Made by a program: the position numbers and the translations under genes. Source: an uncultured Synergistaceae bacterium (GTDB lineage: Bacteria; Synergistota; Synergistia; Synergistales; Synergistaceae). Taken from it: 64,000 nt of DNA. Below are positions 49,190-58,092 of this stretch, piece by piece. The DNA lies in assembly GCA_964482015.1 (NCBI GenBank), contig CAYZYF010000002.1, positions 26,639 through 90,638 on the forward strand, given 5' to 3'. Below the pieces are notes generated by a model. That model saw only the letters and a list, made by a program, of their open reading frames with translations. It was not told where the DNA came from and searched no databases. Numbering within the stretch: position 1 is the stretch's first letter; each line of letters opens with the position of its first letter.

Positions 49190-49241
49190 CATACATTCAT
49201 TTTTAGATAATATTTTCTAATTTTAAGGAGGAACCTACGTA

Positions 49242-50387
49242 ATGAATACGAAATATCTCCTCACCCCCGGTCCGGTCGAACTCCCGGCGGAAGTACAGCG
49301 GGCCGGCGCCCGTCCGCTTATAGGGCACAGGTGCCCTGCATTTTCGGAACTTTTTTCGGGCATCGAAAGCAAGCTGCGTGAGCTTCTTGAAAGTGAAGGA
49401 CCGATCGTGATCCTTCCTTCATCCGGTACCGGAGCACTTGAGTGCATGGCCGTCAACTTCCTCGGCCCGAAAGAAAGGTTTATTTCGGTCTCATGCGGCA
49501 TATTCGGCGACAGATTTCGGGAGATAGCCCTCAGGACAGGAGCGGAGGGCATTGCGGTCAATGTGGGGCTGGGAGAGCCGGTCACTCCTGAAACTGTAGC
49601 GGAAGCGGTGAAGGCGAATCCCGGCTGCAAAGCCCTGCTGCTTACCCAGAACGAAACTTCCACCGGCATCATAAATCCGATAAAAGAGATAATAGCGGCG
49701 ATACCGGAGGAAGAACGGCCGCTTATACTTGTGGACGGCGTAAGCTCTGTGGGAGCCATGGAATGCCTTCCGGAGAGCTGGGGCATCGATGCAATAGGCA
49801 CCGCGTCTCAAAAGGGGCTTCTCACCCCTCCCGGCCTCGGCCTGGTATGGCTCTCGGAGAGGGCGTGGAAGGAGCTTGAGGGTAAAACCTGCCCGAGCTA
49901 CAGCTATGACCTGAAACTTCACAAAAAGGACCTGGAAGCAAAGAGTCCCGCGAATCCCTTCACTCCCCCGGTCTCATTGTACTTTGCTCTCGATGAGGCT
50001 CTGGATGAGATCCTGGGAGTCGGTGCCGAAGAGTGGTTCAGGCTGCGCAGAAAATACGCCGAGGCTCTGGCTGCAGGGCTTGAAGCAATGGGTTTTGAAC
50101 TTCTCGTCCGCAAGCCTGAATTCCGCTCCCCCGGCGTGACCGCCTTTAAGTACAGCGGCGGAGATACGGAGGCTGTGCGAAAAAAACTCCGCGCCATGGG
50201 AGTTGAGACGGCCGGTGGCCAGGGAAAACTCAAGGGCAGCCTGATAAGAGCGGCTCATTACAACAACTGGGGCTGGCCCGAGCTTTGTGTGACCCTGGGC
50301 TCGCTTTACGGGGCGGCTGGACTGGCATCCAAGGTCAAAAAAGATTTTCTGGCGGATGCCTGGAATGTTTGGAACAGAGAGGACTGA
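49242..50387 (+). CDS. Class V PLP aminotransferase (alanine-glyoxylate/serine-pyruvate family), probable phosphoserine aminotransferase
   Basis: LLTPGP, SSGTGALE, NETSTG, VDGVSS, ASQKGL..PPGL, PFTP; directly upstream of serA. Confidence 0.88.
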   Translation: MNTKYLLTPGPVELPAEVQRAGARPLIGHRCPAFSELFSGIESKLRELLESEGPIVILPSSGTGALECMAVNFLGPKERFISVSCGIFGDRFREIALRTGAEGIAVNVGLGEPVTPETVAEAVKANPGCKALLLTQNETSTGIINPIKEIIAAIPEEERPLILVDGVSSVGAMECLPESWGIDAIGTASQKGLLTPPGLGLVWLSERAWKELEGKTCPSYSYDLKLHKKDLEAKSPANPFTPPVSLYFALDEALDEILGVGAEEWFRLRRKYAEALAAGLEAMGFELLVRKPEFRSPGVTAFKYSGGDTEAVRKKLRAMGVETAGGQGKLKGSLIRAAHYNNWGWPELCVTLGSLYGAAGLASKVKKDFLADAWNVWNRED

Positions 50388-50392
50388 TCACC

Positions 50393-52042
50393 GTGGCTGA
50401 CAGAAAAAAATGGAAGGTTTTGGTAGCGGAGACCGTAGGAGAGGCAGGGCTTCAGATCCTAAGGGAGGCTCCCGATATAGAGTTATTGGAGGAAGTGGGC
50501 ATCTCAAGGGAAGATTTTCTGAAAAAGCTGCCTGATGTCGATGCCGTGCTTACCAGAAGCGGAACAAAAATGGATGAGGAAGCACTGGAGGCGGCCGTTA
50601 AACTGAAGGTAGTGGCCCGAGCGGGTGTGGGGGTCGACAACGTCAATGTACCTGCGGCGAGCAGAAAAGGGGTCGTTGTCATCAACGCCCCTACCGGAAA
50701 CACCTTGGCCGCCGCCGAACTCACCATGGCCCTTATGCTTGCCCTTGTCAGGAAGGTGCCTCAGGCTTTTGGATCTGTCAGGGACGGCGAGTGGGACAGG
50801 AAAAGGTTCTCCGGACGGCAGCTTAACGGCAAAAAAGTACTGGTCGTCGGTCTGGGAAGGATAGGCATCGCCGTAGCGCAGAGATGCCGTGCGTTTGGCA
50901 TGGAGGTCTCCGCCTATGATCCCTACACGCCGAGAAAAAAGGCGGAATCTATCGGGATCCCCATGAGGGAGGACCTTACTGACGCGCTCTCGGTTGCGGA
51001 TCTGGTTACCCTTCATATGCCCCTGACACAGGACACGACGAACCTGATAGATGAAAAAATGCTTAGGGCGTTTAAAAAAGGCGCATACCTTATAAATTGC
51101 GCCCGCGGCGGCATAGTTGATGAAAAAGCCGCTGTAGAGGCGGTCAGGGACGGAAGGCTATCGGGGCTGGCTTTTGATGTATATTCATCCGAACCGCTCG
51201 GAAAAGAACATCCTTTCCTCGCCAAGGATATCGAAGATAAAATCGTAATAACCCCCCATCTGGGGGCCAGTACGGAAGAAGCCCAGACTGAGGTCTCGAA
51301 GATCGCAGCGGAAAACATGATCGCGGCGCTTCGCGGCGAACCCTATGAGCACGCCGTCAACCTGCCTTTCCTCGAACAGAAGCTTAACAAAACACAGAAG
51401 TCCTTCCTGCAGCTTTCGAGAAAGATGGGCGTACTTGGCGCCAGGCTTGCTGAGGCTGAATGCGGGGCCATTCACTCCTGCCGCGTGACGATGAGGGGCG
51501 AGCTATTTGCCGAGGACGAACCTATGCCAAACAGACTCTGCGCCTACACTATAGCCGTACTAAAAGGCATTTTCGAGGTAAGCAGGGGGCCCGAGGTCTC
51601 CTATATGCTTGCTCCGCTTCTGGCAAAGGACAGCGGTTTGGGAGTAGAGGAGAGCATCGGCGAGGCGAAGACATATAAAAATACCGTGGAGGTCGTTTTG
51701 GACGCGGAAAAGTGCAAGGTCTCGCTGATCGGCACGATAACTGAGGAAGGACGAATGAGGATCGTTAAGGTGAACGATTACTGGCTCGACTTCGTACCAA
51801 ACGGCAAGCTGATCATCTTCCAGAACCATGACAGACCGGGCGTTATTGGAAAGATCGGGAACATTTTGGGAGAGGGCAATATCAATATTGCCAACTTCGC
51901 GCTCGGCAGGAAGGACAACAGCGGCCTTGCCTTAGGTGCGCTGGAAGTTGACGGAGACATCGATGAATCTACAATGAAAAAGCTTGAAAGAAGCGGAGAT
52001 ATGCTCTGGATAACCCTTACGGATTTTAGAGGGACAAACTAA
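50393..52042 (+). CDS. serA: D-3-phosphoglycerate dehydrogenase (long form with ASB and ACT domains)
   Basis: RAGVGVDN, GLGRIG, INCARG, TPHLGASTEEAQ; ACT domain DRPGVIG..NINIA. Confidence 0.95.
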   Translation: MADRKKWKVLVAETVGEAGLQILREAPDIELLEEVGISREDFLKKLPDVDAVLTRSGTKMDEEALEAAVKLKVVARAGVGVDNVNVPAASRKGVVVINAPTGNTLAAAELTMALMLALVRKVPQAFGSVRDGEWDRKRFSGRQLNGKKVLVVGLGRIGIAVAQRCRAFGMEVSAYDPYTPRKKAESIGIPMREDLTDALSVADLVTLHMPLTQDTTNLIDEKMLRAFKKGAYLINCARGGIVDEKAAVEAVRDGRLSGLAFDVYSSEPLGKEHPFLAKDIEDKIVITPHLGASTEEAQTEVSKIAAENMIAALRGEPYEHAVNLPFLEQKLNKTQKSFLQLSRKMGVLGARLAEAECGAIHSCRVTMRGELFAEDEPMPNRLCAYTIAVLKGIFEVSRGPEVSYMLAPLLAKDSGLGVEESIGEAKTYKNTVEVVLDAEKCKVSLIGTITEEGRMRIVKVNDYWLDFVPNGKLIIFQNHDRPGVIGKIGNILGEGNINIANFALGRKDNSGLALGALEVDGDIDESTMKKLERSGDMLWITLTDFRGTN

Positions 52043-52068
52043 AAAGTCTTTAAGAGGCTGGATCTGCC

Positions 52069-52102
52069 GGCCGTGCGGCTGCTTGCCTGCCGCACGGCCT
52101 TT
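52069..52102 (+). terminator. Terminator after serA
   Basis: GGCCGTGCGGC / GCCGCACGGCC 11-bp stem followed by TTT. Confidence 0.7.
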
Positions 52103-52204
52103 CATAAGCCCTGTATAATATTCTTGTGGCTTAATTAAGATGCAAAGAATAACAAATATTTAAAAAATTCAAGATAGGCAGAATGCGGAAAGGAAGTAAC
52201 GTCA

Positions 52205-52630
52205 ATGTTGAGCTACTATTGGCCGATCGGATTCGTTGTTTTTTCAAACGTCCTTTACCATATATGCTCCAAATCTTTATCGGAGGGCACGAGCACTTAT
52301 TTTTCACTGCTCCTGGCATATTGTATTGCGGCGTCCATATGCCTTTTCCTATATATTTTTACGGGCCGTGCCGACGGACTCGCCGCCGACATCAGGGGAA
52401 TAAAATGGAACAGCCTCTTGCTCGGTGCCGCAATAGTCTGCCTCGAGCTTGGTTTTATCTTTATGTACAAAGTCGGATGGAACATCAGCATAGGCTCTCT
52501 TGTCGCCAATATCACTCTGGCCATCGTTCTCGTCCTGGTCGGAATATTTTTCTATAAGGAAATCCTTTCCCTTAACAAGGTCATCGGGATAATTCTCTGC
52601 ATCTCGGGGCTGATTTTTATAAACAGATAA
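52205..52630 (+). CDS. Single-domain EamA/DMT-superfamily transporter
   Basis: 141 aa, about 5 TM, ends GIFFYKE.LS..KVIGIIL. Confidence 0.8.
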   Translation: MLSYYWPIGFVVFSNVLYHICSKSLSEGTSTYFSLLLAYCIAASICLFLYIFTGRADGLAADIRGIKWNSLLLGAAIVCLELGFIFMYKVGWNISIGSLVANITLAIVLVLVGIFFYKEILSLNKVIGIILCISGLIFINR

Positions 52631-52637
52631 AAGAGAC

Positions 52638-52671
52638 AAAAAGCGCCGTCGGCGCAATGGCCGGACGGCGC
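52638..52671 (-). terminator. Terminator of the hutU-cyclodeaminase transcript
   Basis: GCGCCGTC...GACGGCGC stem followed by TTTTT on the minus strand. Confidence 0.7.
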
Positions 52672-52702
52672 AGTCAAGACCCGCAGCGAAACTTATATTT
52701 GA

Positions 52703-53332
52703 TCAGCTCAGCGCTTTTTCGAGTGATTCCTTGGTCTTGCCGACGCTTATTGCGAGCTGTTCGAGAGCCTCATCCATCCTGGCCCTGAAATCACTTGCGA
52801 AAGAATCGTCCGTGACCCCGGGCAGGTTTATCCTGACATTGTATGCTGCGGCTTGTCCCGCCGCGTCCGCCAGCAGGGCCGCGCTGCCTGCGTCGCTTAT
52901 CGTGTTTGTATTTCCCTTTTCGGCTGCCTGAGCGGCCAGCTCCGCCACTTCAACGCAGGCCTCCAGGGTCATGAGCGGTACTTCTGTTGTGGTCTTAGAG
53001 GCCTCCCCCATCGCCTTTTTGCGTTCGCACTTTTCCTCTTCCGTCGCTTTTGGCATCCTCATGGCATCCATAAAAGCGTTGAAGGATTCGGTATCCTTGT
53101 TCATCAGGTCAACCAGTTTAAAGCGCAGCGATTCGCTTTTCTCGATGACGTCCTCCATAACTGGCCAGTTGTCCCTGTATTTTTCCTTGCCGATCGTCAG
53201 GTTGGCCACCATCGAAACGAGGGCTGATCCCATGGAGGCGCACAGCGCCGCCGTACTTCCGCCTCCGGGGGCTGGCGAGTCTGAAGCGAGCTCGTCGAGA
53301 AAAGCTCTGATCTCCATTCGTTCAAATTTCAT
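52703..53332 (-). CDS. Formimidoyl-THF cyclodeaminase / methenyl-THF cyclohydrolase family
   Basis: LASDSPAPGGGS, MVANLT, D..SF, VPL, N..SD, NVRINL. Confidence 0.9.
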   Translation of the reverse strand: MKFERMEIRAFLDELASDSPAPGGGSTAALCASMGSALVSMVANLTIGKEKYRDNWPVMEDVIEKSESLRFKLVDLMNKDTESFNAFMDAMRMPKATEEEKCERKKAMGEASKTTTEVPLMTLEACVEVAELAAQAAEKGNTNTISDAGSAALLADAAGQAAAYNVRINLPGVTDDSFASDFRARMDEALEQLAISVGKTKESLEKALS

Positions 53333-53347
53333 AGGAAGTCCTCCTTT

Positions 53348-55369
53348 TTAACCTTGACCCTTTACGAGGTCTGTAAGATAGGCGTCGTCCGCCAAAAATG
53401 GTAAAGTTATATGTCCGTCGCTTCTTTTGCGGTTGAAAGCCTCTACGGTCGAGAGGGCATTCTCGTTTCTGGCCCAAGCGCGCCTTGCGACGCCGCTTAT
53501 GACGTCCCAGCTCATAGAAGACTTGATGATCGAGTCTACCCTCTCGCTGCCGTCAAGGACAAGGCCGAAGCCTCCGTTGATAGCCTTGCCGGTGCCAACC
53601 CCACCGCCGTTGTGCAGTGCGACCAGGCTCATGCCTCTCGCGCAGTTGCCTGCGAAGCAGTGAATGGCCATTTCGCCCATCACGTTGCTCCCATCCTTTA
53701 TGTTGGACGTTTCTCGGTAAGGCGAATCAGTGCCTGATACATCGTGGTGATCCCTTCCCAGCATTACGGGGCCGATCTCCCCGGTGCGGACCATTTCGTT
53801 GAATTTAAGGGCGATGCGCATCCTGCCCTCTTCATCCTGATAGAGTATCCTGCACTGTGTCCCGACTACGAGCTTATTTTTCTCGGCGTCCCGGATCCAT
53901 GCCCAGTTGTCGTGATCCTGAAATCTTCTCGTCGGATCGATGCAGTCCATCGCAGCTTTGTCCGTCTTTCTGAGGTCGTCGGGATCGCGGCTGAGGCAGC
54001 ACCAGCGGAACGGGCCGTAGCCGTAGTCAAAAAGCAGCGGACCCATGATGTCTTCAACGTATGATGGAAATATGAATCCCTCGTACGTATCTGTTCCGTT
54101 TTTGGCGATCTCTGTGACTCCTGCGTCAAAAACCGCACGCATAAACGAATTTCCGTAATCAAAGAAGTAAGTTCCCCTCTCAACCAGCGCCTTGATCAGC
54201 TCGTAATGCTTGCACAGGGTCTTGTCGACAAGTTCGCAGAATTTCTCCTTGTCCTCCGCCAGCAGTCTCGTGCGTTCCTCAAAAGATATTCCCTGAGGGC
54301 AGTATCCGCCGTCGTATGCAGCGTGACAAGAGGTTTGATCAGAGAGAAGTTCGATATTTTCACCATTGTCGAGGGCGTACTGAAGGAGGTCTACAATATT
54401 GCCCTCATAGGCAATGGAGAGCGGTTCGCCCGCCTTCATGGCCTCTTTGGCCCACCTAAAAGCCTCGGGCAGGTCTTTTGTCCTTCTGCTCACCCAGCCC
54501 TGTCCGTGCCTTGTGTCGATGCGCGAAGGGTCGACCTCCGCAATTATTGAAGCGGCGCCGGCGATCTCAGCCGCCTTGGGCTGAGCTCCGCTCATGCCGC
54601 CCAGGCCCGATGAGACGAAAAGGTGCCCGGCGAGCCCTTTGCCCTCCGGAAGGTGGAACCTGCCCCTTCCCGCGTTTAAGAGGGTGTTGTATGTACCGTG
54701 GACTATGCCCTGCGGACCGATGTACATCCATCCGCCCGCCGTCATCTGTCCGTAGTTGGCGACACCGAGAGCCGCCGCCCTTGTGAAGTCCTTGGGATTG
54801 TCGAACATGCCTATCATCAGTCCGTTAGTCAGAATGACCCTCGGAGCCGTCGGATCAGATCTGAAAAGGCCGAGAGGATGCCCGGACTGGATGACGAGGG
54901 TCTGGTCCTGCGTCATGATCTCAAGATATTTTTTTATGAGCTGATATTGCATCCAGTTCTGGCAGACCTGCCCGGTCTCTCCGTAGGTGACAAGTTCGTA
55001 GGGATAGAGAGCCACATCGAAGTCGAGGTTGTTGTCGATCATCACCTGAAAGGCCTTAGCCTCGGTGCACTTTCCCCTGTACTCATCGATCGGCTTTCCT
55101 ATAAGGCGTCCTCCCGGCCTGAAACGGTAGCCGTAGATTCGTCCATGCTCTTTGTATTCCTGGAGGAATTCGGGCGCGATTTCGTTATGCCAGCGCCTGG
55201 GTATATACCTAAGCGCGTTTTTCAGCGCAAGAACGGTCTCTTTCTCATTGAGGACCTGTCCCCTGTTGGGGGCTCTTCTTATGCCGGGTTCAAAGAGAGC
55301 CTTCGGCGGGAGCCCTTCGGGAAAGTCCAATGCTATCTCAAGCGCTTCTCCCGTTTTTGGATCATACAT
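53348..55369 (-). CDS. hutU: Urocanate hydratase (long ~670-aa type)
   Basis: YGQMTAGGWMYIGPQGIVHGT, GLGGMSGAQP, SDQTSCH, FDYGN, GRDHHD, HNGGGVG; ATG after GGAG. Confidence 0.96.
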   Translation of the reverse strand: MYDPKTGEALEIALDFPEGLPPKALFEPGIRRAPNRGQVLNEKETVLALKNALRYIPRRWHNEIAPEFLQEYKEHGRIYGYRFRPGGRLIGKPIDEYRGKCTEAKAFQVMIDNNLDFDVALYPYELVTYGETGQVCQNWMQYQLIKKYLEIMTQDQTLVIQSGHPLGLFRSDPTAPRVILTNGLMIGMFDNPKDFTRAAALGVANYGQMTAGGWMYIGPQGIVHGTYNTLLNAGRGRFHLPEGKGLAGHLFVSSGLGGMSGAQPKAAEIAGAASIIAEVDPSRIDTRHGQGWVSRRTKDLPEAFRWAKEAMKAGEPLSIAYEGNIVDLLQYALDNGENIELLSDQTSCHAAYDGGYCPQGISFEERTRLLAEDKEKFCELVDKTLCKHYELIKALVERGTYFFDYGNSFMRAVFDAGVTEIAKNGTDTYEGFIFPSYVEDIMGPLLFDYGYGPFRWCCLSRDPDDLRKTDKAAMDCIDPTRRFQDHDNWAWIRDAEKNKLVVGTQCRILYQDEEGRMRIALKFNEMVRTGEIGPVMLGRDHHDVSGTDSPYRETSNIKDGSNVMGEMAIHCFAGNCARGMSLVALHNGGGVGTGKAINGGFGLVLDGSERVDSIIKSSMSWDVISGVARRAWARNENALSTVEAFNRKRSDGHITLPFLADDAYLTDLVKGQG

Positions 55370-55419
55370 TTTTGTCAACTCCGTTTCGTTCAAGATTTAA
55401 TTGTTTCGTGATATTTTTC

Positions 55420-55447
55420 TTGACTAAGAAGAATATCTCACTATACT
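55420..55447 (+). promoter_or_regulatory. Promoter of hutH-ftcD-hutI, with an inverted repeat over the -35
   Basis: TTGACT-16 nt-TATACT. Confidence 0.6.
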
Positions 55448-55599
55448 ACATTGTAGCTCAAAGGTTTAGGATTGGAAAGTATTAAAGCTGTAAAACGTGA
55501 TAAAGATTTAACAGGAAAATGTTTTATCTGAATAGCGTGATTATATCACTACGGGGACCGCTGAAACACGTCAAAATATGATATCGGGAGGTTGAGAAA

Positions 55600-57132
55600 A
55601 TGAAGACAGGCTCAGTTTTATTGGACGGAAAATCACTGACTATATGGGATATCGTAAACGTAGCGAGGAACGGGTATAGGGTCGAACTTGATTCCGAAGC
55701 GGAAAGGGCGGTCTCTGCCTGCGCCGATTCGGTGAAAAACTGGGTGGATGAAGGAAGGGTCGTATATGGAGTGACTACAGGTTTCGGGGACCTGGCGACC
55801 GTGGTTATCCCGCGGGAGCAAAGCCGGGCTCTTCAGGAAAATCTTCTTATGAGCCACGCCTGCGGTTTCGGCGAGGAGCTGCCGGAGGATTTTGTCAGGG
55901 CGATAATGCTTCTTCGCATCAACACCCTGACAAAGGGCTACTCAGGGATCAGCCTGCCGACACTGCTGCGTCTGACGGAATATCTCAACCTTGGGATCCA
56001 TCCCGTTATTCCCCGTCAGGGATCCGTAGGAGCGAGCGGAGATCTGTGTCCCCTCTCACACCTTGCGATCACGCTGTTGGGGCTGGGCGATGTCGTTTAC
56101 GAAGGCAAGAGAATGCCAGCCGCTGATGCCCTGGCCATGAATGGTCTAAAGCCGATCGAACTGATGCCCAAGGAAGGCCTCGCGCTCAACAACGGCACTA
56201 CGGTCATGACCGGCATTGCAGCGCTCTGCGTTCATGATGCGAAGAATCTTATGAAGAACGCGGATATAGCCGCGGCGCTTTCGGCCGAAGCCCTGCACGC
56301 CGTTCCCTACGCCTTCGACAAGCGTACCCATGATCTGCGCCCCCAAGTCGGACAGGGCATCGTTGCGGAAAACATAAGGAGACTTATCGAGGGAAGCGAG
56401 ATCATCGAGACATACAAGAAAGACCGCGTCCAGGATGCCTACTCTCTTCGCTGCCTGCCCCAGGTCCACGGCGCCAGCAGAGACGCTCTCTCTTATGTCG
56501 AAAATGTAATAAATATTGAGCTCAACTCAGTGACCGACAACCCGCTGATCTTTTGCGATGACGGTGAGGCTATAAGCGGAGGCAACTTCCACGGGGAACC
56601 TATCGCAATGGCCATGGATTTTTTTGGCATCGCCGTTGCTGAGATCGCGAATATCTCGGAGCGCCGAGTTGCACGGCTGGTCGATCACAAGATGTCCGAC
56701 CTGCCTCCCTTTCTGGTGGCTCAAAGCGGAGTCAACAGCGGGTTTATGATCCCTCAGTACACCGCCGCTGCCATAGTCTCCGAAAACAAGGTGCTTGCCC
56801 ATCCTTCCTGCGTTGACTCGATCCCGACTTCGGCCGGCCAGGAAGATCACGTATCCATGGGAGGATACAGCGCCAGAAAAGCGCTTACCATACTGAACAA
56901 CACAAACAGGGCCGTTGCGATAGAGATGCTAAACGCCGCCCAGGGAATAGACTTCAGGGCTCCGCTAAAGCCCGGCCGCGGCACGTCGGCGGCCTACAGG
57001 GCATTTCGGAATGAAGTCCCATTCTACGCCAAGGATCAGTTCATGCAGCCTCTTATGCTCAAATCGCTTGAACTCGTGACGGACGGAACTATAATTGAGG
57101 CTACAGAGAACGCGGTAGGAGAACTGAAGTAA
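55600..57132 (+). CDS. hutH: Histidine ammonia-lyase
   Basis: YGVTTGFG, GSVGASGDL (MIO), KEGLAL.NGT, QDAYSLRC, GGNFHG, QEDHVSM. Confidence 0.97.
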   Translation: MKTGSVLLDGKSLTIWDIVNVARNGYRVELDSEAERAVSACADSVKNWVDEGRVVYGVTTGFGDLATVVIPREQSRALQENLLMSHACGFGEELPEDFVRAIMLLRINTLTKGYSGISLPTLLRLTEYLNLGIHPVIPRQGSVGASGDLCPLSHLAITLLGLGDVVYEGKRMPAADALAMNGLKPIELMPKEGLALNNGTTVMTGIAALCVHDAKNLMKNADIAAALSAEALHAVPYAFDKRTHDLRPQVGQGIVAENIRRLIEGSEIIETYKKDRVQDAYSLRCLPQVHGASRDALSYVENVINIELNSVTDNPLIFCDDGEAISGGNFHGEPIAMAMDFFGIAVAEIANISERRVARLVDHKMSDLPPFLVAQSGVNSGFMIPQYTAAAIVSENKVLAHPSCVDSIPTSAGQEDHVSMGGYSARKALTILNNTNRAVAIEMLNAAQGIDFRAPLKPGRGTSAAYRAFRNEVPFYAKDQFMQPLMLKSLELVTDGTIIEATENAVGELK

Positions 57133-57168
57133 AAACCTTAAGTCAATCAAAATCAGGGAGGAATCAAT

Positions 57169-58092
57169 ATGGCAATGCAGTTGATCGAATGTGTGCCTAA
57201 TTTCAGCGAAGGCAGGCGTCCAGAGGTCATCGAAAAGATCGTTGATTGCTTCAGGGGCAAAAGAGGCGTCTACCTTCTCGACCACAGGGCCGACGAAGAC
57301 CACAACAGGCTGGTAATAAGCCTGGTCGGAGCCCCCGCTCCGATACAGGATGCGTTGATCGAGGCGGCGAAGGCTGCCCTCGAAAACATCGACATGAACT
57401 CACATCAGGGAGGACATCCGAGGATCGGAGCCGTCGACGTAATACCTTTCACACCTATAAAGGGCGTTACAATGGAGGAATGCATAGCTCTGGCCCACGA
57501 TTTCGGAGAGCGTTATTTCAAGGAGTGCGGGATCCCAGTCTATTTCTATGAGGACGCAGCTAAGAGGCCCGAGAGAAAACGGCTCGAGGTTGTTCGTAAG
57601 GGACAGTATGAAGTCCTCAAGGAAGAGGCCAAGACGAAGGAAGAGAGGATGCCGGACGTCGGCGGCCCCGGACTTCATCCGACGGCCGGAGCTTCCGTCA
57701 TCGGCGCGCGCAAGTTTCTGGTCGCCTTCAACGTCAACCTTGACACCGCCGATGTCGATATCGCGAAGAAGATCGCAAACGCCGTCAGGGCCTCGGCCGG
57801 AGGATTCACCCACGTTAAGGGTATCGGCCTCGCACTTGAGGAGCGCGGCATAACACAGGTCAGCATGAACCTGGTTGACTACGAGAAAAACTCGCTGTAC
57901 AGGGTGCTTGAGACGATAAAAATGGAAGCGAAGCGCTGGAGCGTCAACGTGATCGAGACTGAGGTATATGGCATGATCCCTGTAGGGGCCATACTCGAAA
58001 GCGCAGCCTACTACATGCAGATCGCCGATTTTGATCCTTCCCAGGTGCTTGAGCTTCAGCTTCTGGATCTGATGGGAGAAAGGGCAGAATGA
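57169..58092 (+). CDS. ftcD: Glutamate formimidoyltransferase
   Basis: ECVPNFSEGR, DHNR, HPRIGAVDV.PF, HPTAGA, QVSMNL. Confidence 0.95.
   Translation: MAMQLIECVPNFSEGRRPEVIEKIVDCFRGKRGVYLLDHRADEDHNRLVISLVGAPAPIQDALIEAAKAALENIDMNSHQGGHPRIGAVDVIPFTPIKGVTMEECIALAHDFGERYFKECGIPVYFYEDAAKRPERKRLEVVRKGQYEVLKEEAKTKEERMPDVGGPGLHPTAGASVIGARKFLVAFNVNLDTADVDIAKKIANAVRASAGGFTHVKGIGLALEERGITQVSMNLVDYEKNSLYRVLETIKMEAKRWSVNVIETEVYGMIPVGAILESAAYYMQIADFDPSQVLELQLLDLMGERAE

Noticed and set aside
49141-49190. T-box riboswitch upstream of the serine operon (AAGGGTG before a terminator; GGTGAAA at ~49110)
   Set aside because: The essential UGGNACC bulge is absent (reads TGTTTCG) and no stem I/specifier architecture is evident; the leader-peptide model explains the pairing better. 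A cmsearch with RF00230 would settle it.
55519-55581. 20-codon uORF (MFYLNSVIISLRGPLKHVKI) in the hutH leader as a His-sensing leader
   Set aside because: Only one His codon, the SD is too close to the ATG, and no terminator or antiterminator is visible.
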